From: Candidatus Heimdallarchaeum aukensis | GTDB taxonomy: Archaea; Asgardarchaeota; Heimdallarchaeia; Heimdallarchaeales; Heimdallarchaeaceae | Reading direction: 5' to 3' | NCBI GenBank assembly: GCA_021513695.1 | Contig: CP084166.1 | Coordinates: 1,600,001 to 1,664,000 of the forward strand | DNA length: 64,000 nucleotides | Translations under genes and position numbers: made by a program | Notes under the pieces: model-generated | Seen by the model: the letters and a program-made list of their open reading frames with translations, nothing else | What the model was told of the DNA's origin: nothing | Database searches by the model: none | Shown here: positions 19,802 through 30,246 of the stretch, piece after piece | Layout: every line of letters begins with the position of its first letter | How positions within the stretch are numbered: position 1 is the first letter of the stretch

Positions 19802-19814
19802 TTTTTTATATTTT

Positions 19815-20960
19815 TTATTTTTCTTTAAATAGTTCAACAATTGTTTTGAACAACAAATTTGAATAAGTCACGACCTCATCCTTTAATGTATATTCATCAG
19901 TCACATGTAATTTATCCAATCTACCAGGACCAAAAATCACAAAATCAGTATTGTTAGGTGGAACCAATACTGCACCATCTGTACCGTAGGTAACACCTAT
20001 TACTTCCAAAATGCCTTTTTCTTTGAGTTTTTCTTTTAATTTGTCTAAAAATGCTATTTCTGAATTTGATTCAATTGGAGGAATAACATGTACTTCTTCA
20101 AACTCTGCTCGTGCATCCTCTTTAGAATTAAACTGATCTAATACTCTATTTATTTTCATTCTTATTTCATTATAATCGACAGAAGGAACAACTCTATAGT
20201 CTAGAGTAAATTCACAATATTCAGGAACAACGTTGAAAGAAGTCCCCCCGCTTATTTTACCAATATTAAGAGTTGAGTTGTTTAAAAGAGGATGCTTAGT
20301 TGATGGTATAGTTTTCTTAATTTTGGCTATTAATTCAGCAGCTTTCTCTATAGCATTAACTCCCAACTCAGGAGTTGAGCCATGAGCTGACTTGCCGTAT
20401 ACCTTTATTTTTGCCCAATATACACCTTTTTGAGCTATTGAAAGTTTTAATTCTGTTGGCTCACCTATTATAAGAAAGTGAGTCGAATCCATTATATCAG
20501 TGTTTAAAGCAGCTTTAGCACCCCCCATTCCTACTTCTTCATCACTTGTTATTAACAACTTAATTTTTTTTGTTAACTTTATGTTCTTTTCTTTTAATTT
20601 TAACAAAATTGCTATATATGACGCAATAGAGCCTTTCATGTCTGTTGCTCCTCGCCCATATATTCGTCCATTATGCTCAATCCCTTCAAAAGGATTAAAA
20701 GTCCATTTTTCTTCATCTCCAGGGGGAACAACATCAATATGTCCACATAGTACTATGCTTTCTTTACCAGATCCATATTCCGCAAAAAGATTGGCTCGAT
20801 CTTCTGAATACTTTTGAATTTCACATTGTATGCCTTTTTCAGAAAGAATTTTTTTCACATAATTAATCGCGTTTATTGTTTTTCCAGGAGGATTTACTGT
20901 TTTAAACTGGATGAGTTTTTGCAATATTGGAATTACTTCTTTTTCTTTTATTTCATTCAT
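19815..20960 (-). CDS. M20-family metallopeptidase (ArgE/DapE-like deacylase)
   Basis: LCGHIDVVPPGD, GRGATDMKG and the Glu-rich SDEEVG block are present. Confidence 0.7.
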   Translation of the reverse strand: MNEIKEKEVIPILQKLIQFKTVNPPGKTINAINYVKKILSEKGIQCEIQKYSEDRANLFAEYGSGKESIVLCGHIDVVPPGDEEKWTFNPFEGIEHNGRIYGRGATDMKGSIASYIAILLKLKEKNIKLTKKIKLLITSDEEVGMGGAKAALNTDIMDSTHFLIIGEPTELKLSIAQKGVYWAKIKVYGKSAHGSTPELGVNAIEKAAELIAKIKKTIPSTKHPLLNNSTLNIGKISGGTSFNVVPEYCEFTLDYRVVPSVDYNEIRMKINRVLDQFNSKEDARAEFEEVHVIPPIESNSEIAFLDKLKEKLKEKGILEVIGVTYGTDGAVLVPPNNTDFVIFGPGRLDKLHVTDEYTLKDEVVTYSNLLFKTIVELFKEK

Positions 20961-21139
20961 TATTGTTCTTGAGGAATTGAAGCCCCTTCTATAAAATTTT
21001 TTTCTATTGATGTTCTTTAGATTCTCAATGTTTTAAAAACGAAAATTTGCACCTAAAAATAAGATACTTGTAATCAAATTTTCCAGATATTACATTCATT
21101 TTAAAAACCCCTCATAATTGTGTTGTTGGTTGAACCATC

Positions 21140-22558
21140 TTGTTAGTATTATCAAGTTGTCAATATTGTGGTAATAAAGCTCAATATTATTGTACAAATT
21201 GTGGAAAATTACTATGTTCAGAACATGCGACTGAAGCCCACACAGTCTACTATTGTAAAAACTGTGATTTAGAAGTGTATGAAAAGCAATGTCACAAGTG
21301 TGGAAACAAAACAGAATTTTCTAGAAATGATAATGTTCTCCTGTGCGAATGGTGCAAAACTCCTACAGTAGTAGATGGCTATGCCTATCATCAACAATTA
21401 CCTGAAAAAATATTTAGTTCAATACTTAGAATAAATAAAAAGATAGCTGATTTGCTTTACCTAACAGATAGATATCACAAATTAGTTGACGAAATTCTAA
21501 AAGTGCGATATGCTAAAATAAAATTATTTCCAGAAATTGAAGATGATCTCTCCATTCTAAGAACAAAAATAGACAACTTAATCAAAAAACTAAGAATCAT
21601 CAGTGATAGCTTATTTTTGAAAATAAACAAAAAGTTACAATCATTAAACTACCTTAGATCCCCAAACTTAAACAACCTTGAACCAGCTGAAGAATTAATC
21701 AATTATTTAGACAAAAACTATGAATCTTTAGGATATAGCTTACATTTAAAAATTGAGCAAATAGAAGAATACTTTGCCTCCATTGGCAAAAAAGTTGATT
21801 TTCTGAATTATCAATATACTCTTTTGAAGATAATATACCGACTTATTCCTGAAGTTGAAGGAGAGGAATTAATTGCTATCATTCCTAGAATGTGGATAAA
21901 AAAAAGTTATAAGCTCCCTAAGCGTCATGTTTTTGTTTTAACAAACAAGAACATCTACCTCTTAAGAGAAAAAGGCCTATTTCGTACAATGTTAAAATTA
22001 AAAGAGAAAATCGATCTCTCTAATGTAAGATTAGTTTCAGAATCCCAAACATTATTGAAAGGAAAGGTTGTAAAAATTTCAACATTACTTTCACAATATT
22101 CATTGTTTGGTAGAGATATAGCTATTTCAGAGTTATCAAAATATTTCAGTATCTATTATGAATACTTCAAATATTCTACAAGTGACCTCACAGTAATTAA
22201 TGAATTTAAATATTATAATTTATCTGTAAAAGATTTACGAGAAGCAATAAATAAATACCTCAACAACCTCCGTGTTTCTCTTCTTAAAAAGAGAGAAATA
22301 AAAAGAGAAATAATGTATAAAAATAGTTTAGTAGCAAGACGACAGCAGATATTACAACGATTAGCAAATATAAGACGTAAAATCCAAGAAATAACGCAAT
22401 CTAGAACAGGAAGATATCAAAGTCCTAAAGTTTTCAACAACCTGTTACAGAGACTTATGGAAGAGCAATCTCGTTTAGAAAAAGAAATAAGAATAAATGA
22501 CGCAAAAATCAGAGAGATAGATGAATTGTGGGGTGTTTTTTATGATCAAGTTTCTTAA
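21140..22558 (+). CDS. hypothetical protein with N-terminal B-box-like zinc fingers, a bPH-like segment and a C-terminal coiled coil
   Basis: The first finger reads CQYCGNKAQYYCTNCGKLLCSEHATEAH (C-x2-C-x7-C-x2-C-x4-C-x2-H-x4-H), and a second CxxC...CxxC...CxxC cluster follows. The mid-region HVFVLTNKNIYLLREKGLF...KIDLSNVRLVSESQTLLKGKV resembles bacterial PH (bPH_2) domains. The start is TTG. Confidence 0.4.
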   Translation: MLVLSSCQYCGNKAQYYCTNCGKLLCSEHATEAHTVYYCKNCDLEVYEKQCHKCGNKTEFSRNDNVLLCEWCKTPTVVDGYAYHQQLPEKIFSSILRINKKIADLLYLTDRYHKLVDEILKVRYAKIKLFPEIEDDLSILRTKIDNLIKKLRIISDSLFLKINKKLQSLNYLRSPNLNNLEPAEELINYLDKNYESLGYSLHLKIEQIEEYFASIGKKVDFLNYQYTLLKIIYRLIPEVEGEELIAIIPRMWIKKSYKLPKRHVFVLTNKNIYLLREKGLFRTMLKLKEKIDLSNVRLVSESQTLLKGKVVKISTLLSQYSLFGRDIAISELSKYFSIYYEYFKYSTSDLTVINEFKYYNLSVKDLREAINKYLNNLRVSLLKKREIKREIMYKNSLVARRQQILQRLANIRRKIQEITQSRTGRYQSPKVFNNLLQRLMEEQSRLEKEIRINDAKIREIDELWGVFYDQVS

Positions 22559-22641
22559 CCCCCTTTTCCTTTCCTATTACTATAGAAAAACTAATAAGGA
22601 CTGTAATTAACTCTATTTTAGTTAATTCAAGAGTTGAAAAA

Positions 22642-23790
22642 ATGAATCCAATTCCTGTTGTAGATGTGAATATTAATGAAAAAGAGTTAGAAGCGGTAAA
22701 AAAAGTAATTGAAAGCAAGTATCTTGTAGAAGGTAAGAACGCGAGAGAATTTGAAAAGAAATTTGCTAAATTCACTGGTGCTAAATATGTTACTACTGTT
22801 GTAAACGGTACAGCCGCGCTTCATCTTGCAATGACCGCTTTGGATATTGGTCCTGGAGATGAAGTTATAACTACACCATTTACTTTTATTGCTTCTTCAA
22901 ATGCTATCCTATTTAATGGTGGAGTACCGATTTTTGTTGATGTTGATAAAGAGACTTTTAACATAGACCCAGAGAAAATTGAAGAAGCAATTACTGAAAA
23001 AACAAAAGCTATTCTTCCCGTACATATTTTCGGAAACCCGTGTGACATGAAAGCAATATCTGATATCGCTGAAGATCACAATTTAATAGTAATTGAAGAT
23101 TGTGCTCAAGCACATGATGCGCGAATAGATGGTGTTCATACTGGAAATTTTGGACAGATTGGTTCATTCTCTTTCTATGGAACGAAGAACCTTATTGGTG
23201 GAGAAGGTGGGGCAGTAATCTGTAATGATGAAGAACTTTTCGAAAAAATAAAAAGTATAAAAAATCACGGAAGAAGTCCAAAAGGAGGGTATTATCACTA
23301 TAGAATAGGGTTTAACTATCGAACAACAGATATATCTGCTGCCATCATGAATGTACAAATGGATAGAGCTCAAGAAATTTTAGAAAGAAGGCATAAGAAT
23401 GGAGAACTTTATAGAAAATTACTTTCTGAACAAGAAAATTTAATGATACAAAAAGTTCTTCCAGGCCATCAGCATAGTGACTATATAATGACACCAATAA
23501 TACTAAATGAAAAAGTGAAAACTGAAGAAATTATTAGTTACCTTAAGAAGAATGGCATCTCATCAAGAACAATTTACTCAATACTTTCTTACGAACAACC
23601 ATCTTATACTGATCTTTCAAATTGGCACATGTCTCGTGTTGTTAACTATCCAGATTATTCGAAAGTTTCTTGCCCTAATGCAGAATTTTTAGCAAGAAAC
23701 CACTTCGAAATACCTATGGTATCCACACTTTCAGATGAAGAAATTACTTTCATTGTAGAAAAAATAAATGATTTCTTCAAAAAAAAGTAA
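22642..23790 (+). CDS. DegT/DnrJ/EryC1/StrS-family PLP-dependent sugar aminotransferase
   Basis: Overall pattern (VNGTAALHLA, ITTPFTF, HIFGNPCDM, SFYGTKN) is characteristic of the family. Confidence 0.8.
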   Translation: MNPIPVVDVNINEKELEAVKKVIESKYLVEGKNAREFEKKFAKFTGAKYVTTVVNGTAALHLAMTALDIGPGDEVITTPFTFIASSNAILFNGGVPIFVDVDKETFNIDPEKIEEAITEKTKAILPVHIFGNPCDMKAISDIAEDHNLIVIEDCAQAHDARIDGVHTGNFGQIGSFSFYGTKNLIGGEGGAVICNDEELFEKIKSIKNHGRSPKGGYYHYRIGFNYRTTDISAAIMNVQMDRAQEILERRHKNGELYRKLLSEQENLMIQKVLPGHQHSDYIMTPIILNEKVKTEEIISYLKKNGISSRTIYSILSYEQPSYTDLSNWHMSRVVNYPDYSKVSCPNAEFLARNHFEIPMVSTLSDEEITFIVEKINDFFKKK

Positions 23791-23913
23791 TATAGACTTA
23801 AAAAAAATCTTTTTCTTTTCTTATAGATTCTATCATTTTACTTGGAACTTAAAAAAATGAATATTCAATCTTTTTCCAAAACATTTTTTTGCTCTTACTG
23901 ACAAGAATAAACA

Positions 23914-24846
23914 ATGAGTAACTTACCATTAGAATTTCCTTTGTATCTTAGTAATATTTCAGTAAAAGAAAAAGACACTCCAGAATTAGTTTTAACTTAT
24001 GAGGGAGATGAAACCCTTGTTGATAAATTGCTTCTAATTGGGAAGAATAATGGCTTACCTGACAACATTAATGCGGCCTTACCTTTTGAGCAAAAGAAAG
24101 TAAAAGGGAGAGTAGTTTTTGAGATTACTATCCCTATTTATGAGGACGGAGAATTTCAAGCTGTTGTGGAGTATGAAGACGAATATATTTATGAACCAGG
24201 GCAAGCTCATAATATAGTCTTTAGAGGTAAAGGTATTTTTTTGGATTTCAGAAAAATATTCCATCTTCAAAAAGAAGTTGTAAGACCAAAAGGAGCACCT
24301 AAACCTACCAAAAAAGAAACAGAACTCGAGGAAAAAATTGAAATTAAGAAAGAAGAGGATAAGCTTACTCCGTCTATTGAAAAGAAGAAAGATTTGACTC
24401 CTATTGCGGATAAAGATAACCTGCTAAAGGTTCAGCCTAAGGATTTTAGAAACTTTGATGAAAACCTTAAAACAAAACTTCTTCAGATATTGGATTATTT
24501 AGCAAATGAAAAAAGTAAAAAACTTGTTCTTGACACCATTATTCTGCCAGATATCTCTAGAACACTCAAAAGGCTAATTCTAGAAGAAATGAGGAAAAGC
24601 GTCTACGAAGCATGTTTTCCTGTAATTGTGTTGATCGAGAAGGCTCTGATATTAGGTGGTATGGTTTTTCAAGCTGTTTTTACTGATGAAACATTTGAAG
24701 AATATAAAAAAGAGGTTGTAGAAAAAATCCCAAAAATAAAAGAAAAAATCAATAGAATTGAGTTTGAACCCACAAATACTATGATAAAAGTAAAATACGA
24801 TAAAGACAAGCATTCATTTAAGAAAATGTTATATCATCAGATATAA
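23914..24846 (+). CDS. hypothetical protein
   Basis: This 310-aa ORF has a K/E-rich linker and no recognisable motifs. Confidence 0.35.
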   Translation: MSNLPLEFPLYLSNISVKEKDTPELVLTYEGDETLVDKLLLIGKNNGLPDNINAALPFEQKKVKGRVVFEITIPIYEDGEFQAVVEYEDEYIYEPGQAHNIVFRGKGIFLDFRKIFHLQKEVVRPKGAPKPTKKETELEEKIEIKKEEDKLTPSIEKKKDLTPIADKDNLLKVQPKDFRNFDENLKTKLLQILDYLANEKSKKLVLDTIILPDISRTLKRLILEEMRKSVYEACFPVIVLIEKALILGGMVFQAVFTDETFEEYKKEVVEKIPKIKEKINRIEFEPTNTMIKVKYDKDKHSFKKMLYHQI

Positions 24847-24882
24847 TTTTACTTTTTAATTATTGAAAAAATAAAAAAATGA

Positions 24883-25998
24883 TTAGGATTTATCTAGTTT
24901 TACTTTTTTTACTTTGTACTGGTGGTAAGCTGTTAACACTCTAATGAAACCATTATTTAATTCAGGAATATTCACTTCACCGTTTAAGTCAATTTTTATG
25001 CTTTCAATTGTTTGAACCTTTGAACTTGTTGAGACAACAATAAGATCAACTTTTTTACAACCATTGATTACTCTTGCGCTTATTTGTTGATTTCCTCTAC
25101 CTAATAGAAATCCTTGGCCCCCTATTGGTGAAAGAAGAATTTTAACTTCTTTATCTTTCGCTAGATTATATAATGTCTCTTCGTCAACATCCTCTGCAAT
25201 AATTTTTCCATTTTCCATAAAGTCTACGCCTAAAAGAGTTTTGTTAAAACCCAAATATTTCATCACTTGATAAACTGTACTCCCTGTACCTAAGATAACG
25301 GATCCATTCAATATATCATAACTAAATTTCAGATCCTCTGCAATAGATTCATACTCAATTTCATCACTATGTCCAGTGGGAATTTTTCCTCCTTGCATTA
25401 AGCCACCCTTTACTGGAGTTAAAACAGAGCCAAAATAATTTGCTGAAACTTGCCCATTTCTGAAGAGTTCTTCGTCAACGTCAAGAACATCTTCTAAAGT
25501 ATATTGAATCTCACCACTTTCTATTGCCTTGATTATCTCACCAAGATAAGTAGGATATTGCAGGAAACATCCACTGAACATTTTCACTCCAGAGGGTATA
25601 CCTACAATAGGAACTTCTTGGTTAACCACTGTTAATATATCTCTAGCTGTTCCATCTCCTCCAACAAAAACAATTAAATCAACTTTTTTATCTAGGAACA
25701 ATTTACATGCATTTTTCGTGTCTTCAGCTGTCGTTTGATCTTTTGCAAATGAATACACTAATTCTTTTTTAAAAGGATAGTTTTGTAGAATCGATTCACC
25801 CATTGGATCTGAACAATAATAGAAGAAAAGTGATTTTGAGTCAGAAATTGAAGATAGAGCTTTTTCAACTCTTTCATATGCATATTTCTCTTTTTCGAAA
25901 ATAGTCCAAGCTTCTTCTATTCCATCAGTTCCCTTCCAAGCTCTTTTTCCTCCAATTCCTGCAATTGGATTAACAATAAAACCAATTTTAATCGTCAT
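24883..25998 (-). CDS. ATP-NAD kinase/diacylglycerol-kinase-like (GGDGT motif) family protein
   Basis: VFVGGDGTARDIL is the GGDGT catalytic motif of the NAD-kinase/DAGK superfamily. The track ORF extends to 26073, but the likely start is MTIKIGFIVNP at 25998. Confidence 0.5.
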   Translation of the reverse strand: MTIKIGFIVNPIAGIGGKRAWKGTDGIEEAWTIFEKEKYAYERVEKALSSISDSKSLFFYYCSDPMGESILQNYPFKKELVYSFAKDQTTAEDTKNACKLFLDKKVDLIVFVGGDGTARDILTVVNQEVPIVGIPSGVKMFSGCFLQYPTYLGEIIKAIESGEIQYTLEDVLDVDEELFRNGQVSANYFGSVLTPVKGGLMQGGKIPTGHSDEIEYESIAEDLKFSYDILNGSVILGTGSTVYQVMKYLGFNKTLLGVDFMENGKIIAEDVDEETLYNLAKDKEVKILLSPIGGQGFLLGRGNQQISARVINGCKKVDLIVVSTSSKVQTIESIKIDLNGEVNIPELNNGFIRVLTAYHQYKVKKVKLDKS

Positions 25999-26134
25999 TG
26001 AAAAGGAATAAAGTATAAGAAATTTTAATTTTCCGCATAAGCAAAAAATAGAAAAAAGTAGACAATTGAACAAGTTATTTTATTTGAAAGTTACACATTA
26101 AAAAAACTTAAAACAATATCAAAAAAGTTATCTT

Positions 26135-26506
26135 GTGATTACCTTAAAGAAAAAAGACTTGTTGAAATATTATGGAGGAGCTTATTTATTAGTTGCCATC
26201 CTTGAAACATTATTATTTACCGCTATTCACGGAGATTGGAGCTTTAGGAGTATAATACTTAGCTTTAGCATTTGGGGAATTATCTGGTTAATATCAATGT
26301 TCGCATACCCTTCACTGATTACTGATGCAAACTATGAAATGCTAGCATTATCGCCATATCTATCACTTCTAGGATATGTAATAATCATTTTAGTTTTCTA
26401 TATTGTTTTCCGAGTTCATAAGCAAAAGGTAGAAAAAAAATTAGGAAAAAAATTAACTTTTGGGAAACTAATGGATTTATACTTTCCAATCAAAGAAGAA
26501 ACTTGA
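26135..26506 (+). CDS. small membrane protein, hypothetical
   Basis: Three predicted TM helices in 123 aa. Confidence 0.3.
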   Translation: MITLKKKDLLKYYGGAYLLVAILETLLFTAIHGDWSFRSIILSFSIWGIIWLISMFAYPSLITDANYEMLALSPYLSLLGYVIIILVFYIVFRVHKQKVEKKLGKKLTFGKLMDLYFPIKEET

Positions 26507-26730
26507 ACCCTTCTTTATATTGTTCAGAACAAAATTTCTTTCTTTTTGAATTAAAATATAGCAATAATGTTATTCAAGTTAGTATCTTTGATCTTACTCT
26601 TATTGCTTTTTCTAATCTTTCTTTACTCCCTTTCACACCTATTACTTGAATTTTTCTTTTTTTTCTATAAAATTCTCAATTATTTTTCTTCTTTCCTAAA
26701 CTTTATAAAAATTATACAAAAAATTCAATC

Positions 26731-27936
26731 ATGAAAATATCAAGTCGAGCTTCTAGTTTTAGTTATGCAATCAGAGACATTCTATCGGTAGCTAAAGAAG
26801 TGGAAGAAAAAGGTCATAAATTAATAAAATTAAATATCGGAGACCCTATTAAGTATGACTTTAAAACTCCTGATATCTTAACTGAACAATTAAAATTTGC
26901 AAAAACAGAAAATTATAATTTTTATGCTGATTCTCAGGGTTTGCTTGAATTTAGAGAGCAAATTGCGAATTATGAAAATAGAAAACATGGATTAAATGTT
27001 TCAGAAGAAAACGTGTTAGCTACTTCAGGGGTAAGTGAAGGCATTGCTTTTACATTTATGGCCTTCACAAATGAGGGAGATGATGTTTTAATTCCAGGAA
27101 TACATTATCCTAGTTATTCTGGAAATTCTTCAATCTATGGCACTAATTCAATATTTTATAAGACGGTAGTTGAAGAAAACTTTTATCCTGACCCAGATGA
27201 GATTCGTTCTCTCATGACAGAAAAAACGAAATTGGTATTTCTTAATACGCCTAATAATCCTACTGGAAGTGTTTATCCTGAAAAAGTAATTAAAGAGATT
27301 GTTGATATAGTTGGAGAATATGACGCGTGTATCGTCTCTGACGAAACTTACGATCAACTAATCTTAGATGATGGACTCAAACACATTCCAACTGCAAAAG
27401 TGGCAAAAGATGTTCCAGTAATAGCTTACAATGGTTTTAGCAAAGTTTTTTTGGCTCCAGGATGGAGATTGGGGTATCTTTACGTTCATGACCCAGAAGG
27501 AAAGATAGAAGAACCTTGGGAAGGAATAAATAAGTTAGCTAGAATTCGTTTATGTGCTTCAACCCCCTTGCAAAAAGCAGGAGCAGAGGCCTTAAAAATT
27601 GACCAAAGCGTTTACTTACCAGAAGTCATCCAAGATTTAAGAAAAAGAAGAGATTTAATGTATAATCGATTAAAAGAAATGGATGGTGTTTCTGTTTATA
27701 AACCCCAAGCAGCGTTTTACATCTTTCCTGTACTTGATATGGAACAATTCACATGGAAAAATGATAAAGAGTTTGTAATAGATTTTCTAAAAAAGAAACA
27801 TGTGTTAACAGTCTTTGGAACTGGTTTTGGTCCTTATGGAAAAAATGGTTTCCGTATGGTCTTTTTGCCTACACCAGAAGAGATAGACGAATCAATGAAC
27901 AGGCTTGAGGAATTGTTAAAAGAAAATAGAAAATAA
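26731..27936 (+). CDS. class I PLP aminotransferase (alanine/aspartate aminotransferase-like)
   Basis: LNIGDP, NTPNNPTG and YNGFSKVFLAPGWRLGY (the SK lysine) are present. Confidence 0.75.
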   Translation: MKISSRASSFSYAIRDILSVAKEVEEKGHKLIKLNIGDPIKYDFKTPDILTEQLKFAKTENYNFYADSQGLLEFREQIANYENRKHGLNVSEENVLATSGVSEGIAFTFMAFTNEGDDVLIPGIHYPSYSGNSSIYGTNSIFYKTVVEENFYPDPDEIRSLMTEKTKLVFLNTPNNPTGSVYPEKVIKEIVDIVGEYDACIVSDETYDQLILDDGLKHIPTAKVAKDVPVIAYNGFSKVFLAPGWRLGYLYVHDPEGKIEEPWEGINKLARIRLCASTPLQKAGAEALKIDQSVYLPEVIQDLRKRRDLMYNRLKEMDGVSVYKPQAAFYIFPVLDMEQFTWKNDKEFVIDFLKKKHVLTVFGTGFGPYGKNGFRMVFLPTPEEIDESMNRLEELLKENRK

Positions 27937-27946
27937 GAGAATACCT

Positions 27947-28903
27947 TTATTCTTTATCTACTTCTTCTTTTGTTTTTTTCAAATTTTGTGAAACAGATGT
28001 TAAACCGATACCTATTATCACAATTAGAGCATAAGCAAGTGTGATTATTTCTGGAATTTGATCTAGAAAAATTATGCCTAATATAGTAGCTCCAATAGGT
28101 TCTGCAACTATAACAGTTCCTACAATAAAAGCGGGGATTTTTCTAAGAGAATAGTTATATGTAGCATGACCAATAAGTGATGGTCCTAAAGCCATTAGGA
28201 CTATAAATAAAAATGCTTTTCCTGAAAAAACAAAACTATTACGTTGAATTAGATTATAAATCATTAACGCGACTGCAGAAACGATGTTTACAACTCCAAA
28301 ATAAGCCCATAGCGGAGAATCTTTTAATATTTTTTTTCCTATTAAGAAATAAAAACTTACAGTGATTGCTCCTATTATAGCTAAAATTCCACCTAATAAA
28401 GGGTTAAGCAAATCAGAAGACTGAGATGTTGAGAGTGTTAGTAAAACACTACCAACAATTGCTATAACAATCCCGGTAACACCTATCCAGTTAACCCTTT
28501 CTCGAAAGAATAAATAGCCAAAAATAGCCATAAAAATTGGTACAGTGTCGACCAATGTTGTGGAGATTGCAACAGAGATAAATCGTAGGGATAAGAACCA
28601 AGTTGCGAAATGAATAGCTAATAGTATACCAGAGAGAATTATCCAGTGATATCTCCTTCTAGTTTTTTCTGATTTTAGCCATTTAACATCTTTATTAATC
28701 GTTGAAATAGTGAGAGCACCAATTCCAGCAAAGAAGGTTCGATACATTGCCACAATTTCAGAAGAAACATTGTATTCTTGAATTAAAACAACGAGAGGAG
28801 CAGCAAATGAAACGGCAATTATTGCTATGAATAAAAGAATAAAAGGGGTGTATTTTTTTATCCACGAGTTATTTCTAATTTTTTTCATTTGCACCAATTC
28901 CAA
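27947..28903 (-). CDS. EamA/DMT-family transporter
   Basis: About 10 TM helices arranged as two repeated halves in 318 aa. Confidence 0.6.
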   Translation of the reverse strand: MELVQMKKIRNNSWIKKYTPFILLFIAIIAVSFAAPLVVLIQEYNVSSEIVAMYRTFFAGIGALTISTINKDVKWLKSEKTRRRYHWIILSGILLAIHFATWFLSLRFISVAISTTLVDTVPIFMAIFGYLFFRERVNWIGVTGIVIAIVGSVLLTLSTSQSSDLLNPLLGGILAIIGAITVSFYFLIGKKILKDSPLWAYFGVVNIVSAVALMIYNLIQRNSFVFSGKAFLFIVLMALGPSLIGHATYNYSLRKIPAFIVGTVIVAEPIGATILGIIFLDQIPEIITLAYALIVIIGIGLTSVSQNLKKTKEEVDKE

Positions 28904-28936
28904 TACTCCTCACTGTCAATAAAGTAATATAGTGTT

Positions 28937-30172
28937 TTAAGCTCCAAACTTTTCTACCAAGTGCAACTCATTTAATAACACTTTCATTAGATGTTTTCCT
29001 TTAATTCTTCCTAATCCACCATTATACGCATAACGTTCTCCAAAATACTTAACATTATCTTTTACGCAAGTTGGAGAATAAACAATTAGTGGAACTGGAT
29101 CAGCAGAGTGGTCTTTAAAGGAACAAGGAGTACTATGATCCCCAGAAATCATTACAACTAATTCTTCATCAAAGTTTTCAGGAAGAAATCTGTAAAGCTC
29201 TTTGTCAACTTTTTCAATGAATTCGACTTTTCCGTTATAATTTCCATCGTGCCCATAATTATCTGTTCCCTTAAAATGTAAAAATATGAAATCATGAGTT
29301 TTTAGAAGGTTAAAAGCAGTTTCAGCTTTTAAACGTACATCAGTGTTTGTTCCTCCTGTCATTCCATCTTTTTCAACTATTTCCATTCCGAGCATTCGAG
29401 CAACACCTTTGTAAAGACCTCCACCCGCTACACATGCTGTTTGCAACCCATATTCTTTTTCAAAGTTTGGCAATTTAGGGACTCTTCCAGCACCTCTGAT
29501 TAGCAAGTAATTTGCAGGTAATTTACCGGCTTCAATTCTTTGTTCATTTAGGGGGGAATGAGACAAAATTTCGTGAGATTTCCTTGCAAACTCAGATAAC
29601 ACCCTAGCAGTTTTTTGTGCTGATTCTGAATCATCTAAAGCTTTAAACGAATAAGGAGCTTTTCCTTCTACTTTAGGATCATTTGCTGAAACTTTATCTG
29701 ATAGATTTTCACCACGAAGAACTAGCGCAGCCCTATGTTCAGTACCTGCTTTCATGAGAAATTGAACATCTTCTATCTTCATTCCATTTAATTGCTTAAT
29801 GAACTCTTCTGTTCCTTCTTTTATACGCCCAGCACGACGATCAATAATAATTCCTTTTTCATCCATCGTGGCAAAATTCACTCTAAAAGCAATATCTCCC
29901 TCTTTTACAGTCAAACCAACACCTGAAGCTTCAAAAGGTCCGCGTCCTGTATAATACTGAAAAGGATCAACTCCAAATAGTGCAAGATGAGCAGTATCAC
30001 TTCCTGGCGTCTGTCCAGTTTCAATTACGTCCATGATTCCAGTTACACCCAGTTCAGCAAACTTATCCATATTTGGTGTTTTTGCATACTCTAAGGGAGT
30101 TTTACCGTCTAATTCAGGAATTGGACGATCACCTAATCCATCAAGGATAATAAATAATAATTTTCCAGTCAT
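28937..30172 (-). CDS. apgM: 2,3-bisphosphoglycerate-independent phosphoglycerate mutase, archaeal type
   Basis: [28 protein letters not shown] and the size (411 aa) are typical of ApgM. Confidence 0.85.
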   Translation of the reverse strand: MTGKLLFIILDGLGDRPIPELDGKTPLEYAKTPNMDKFAELGVTGIMDVIETGQTPGSDTAHLALFGVDPFQYYTGRGPFEASGVGLTVKEGDIAFRVNFATMDEKGIIIDRRAGRIKEGTEEFIKQLNGMKIEDVQFLMKAGTEHRAALVLRGENLSDKVSANDPKVEGKAPYSFKALDDSESAQKTARVLSEFARKSHEILSHSPLNEQRIEAGKLPANYLLIRGAGRVPKLPNFEKEYGLQTACVAGGGLYKGVARMLGMEIVEKDGMTGGTNTDVRLKAETAFNLLKTHDFIFLHFKGTDNYGHDGNYNGKVEFIEKVDKELYRFLPENFDEELVVMISGDHSTPCSFKDHSADPVPLIVYSPTCVKDNVKYFGERYAYNGGLGRIKGKHLMKVLLNELHLVEKFGA

Positions 30173-30246
30173 TAATCAACTTGATTTTTGTACAAAAATA
30201 AATTTTGTGCAAGAATCTTGCTCTCGGAAAGCACTAAAAGAAACTA

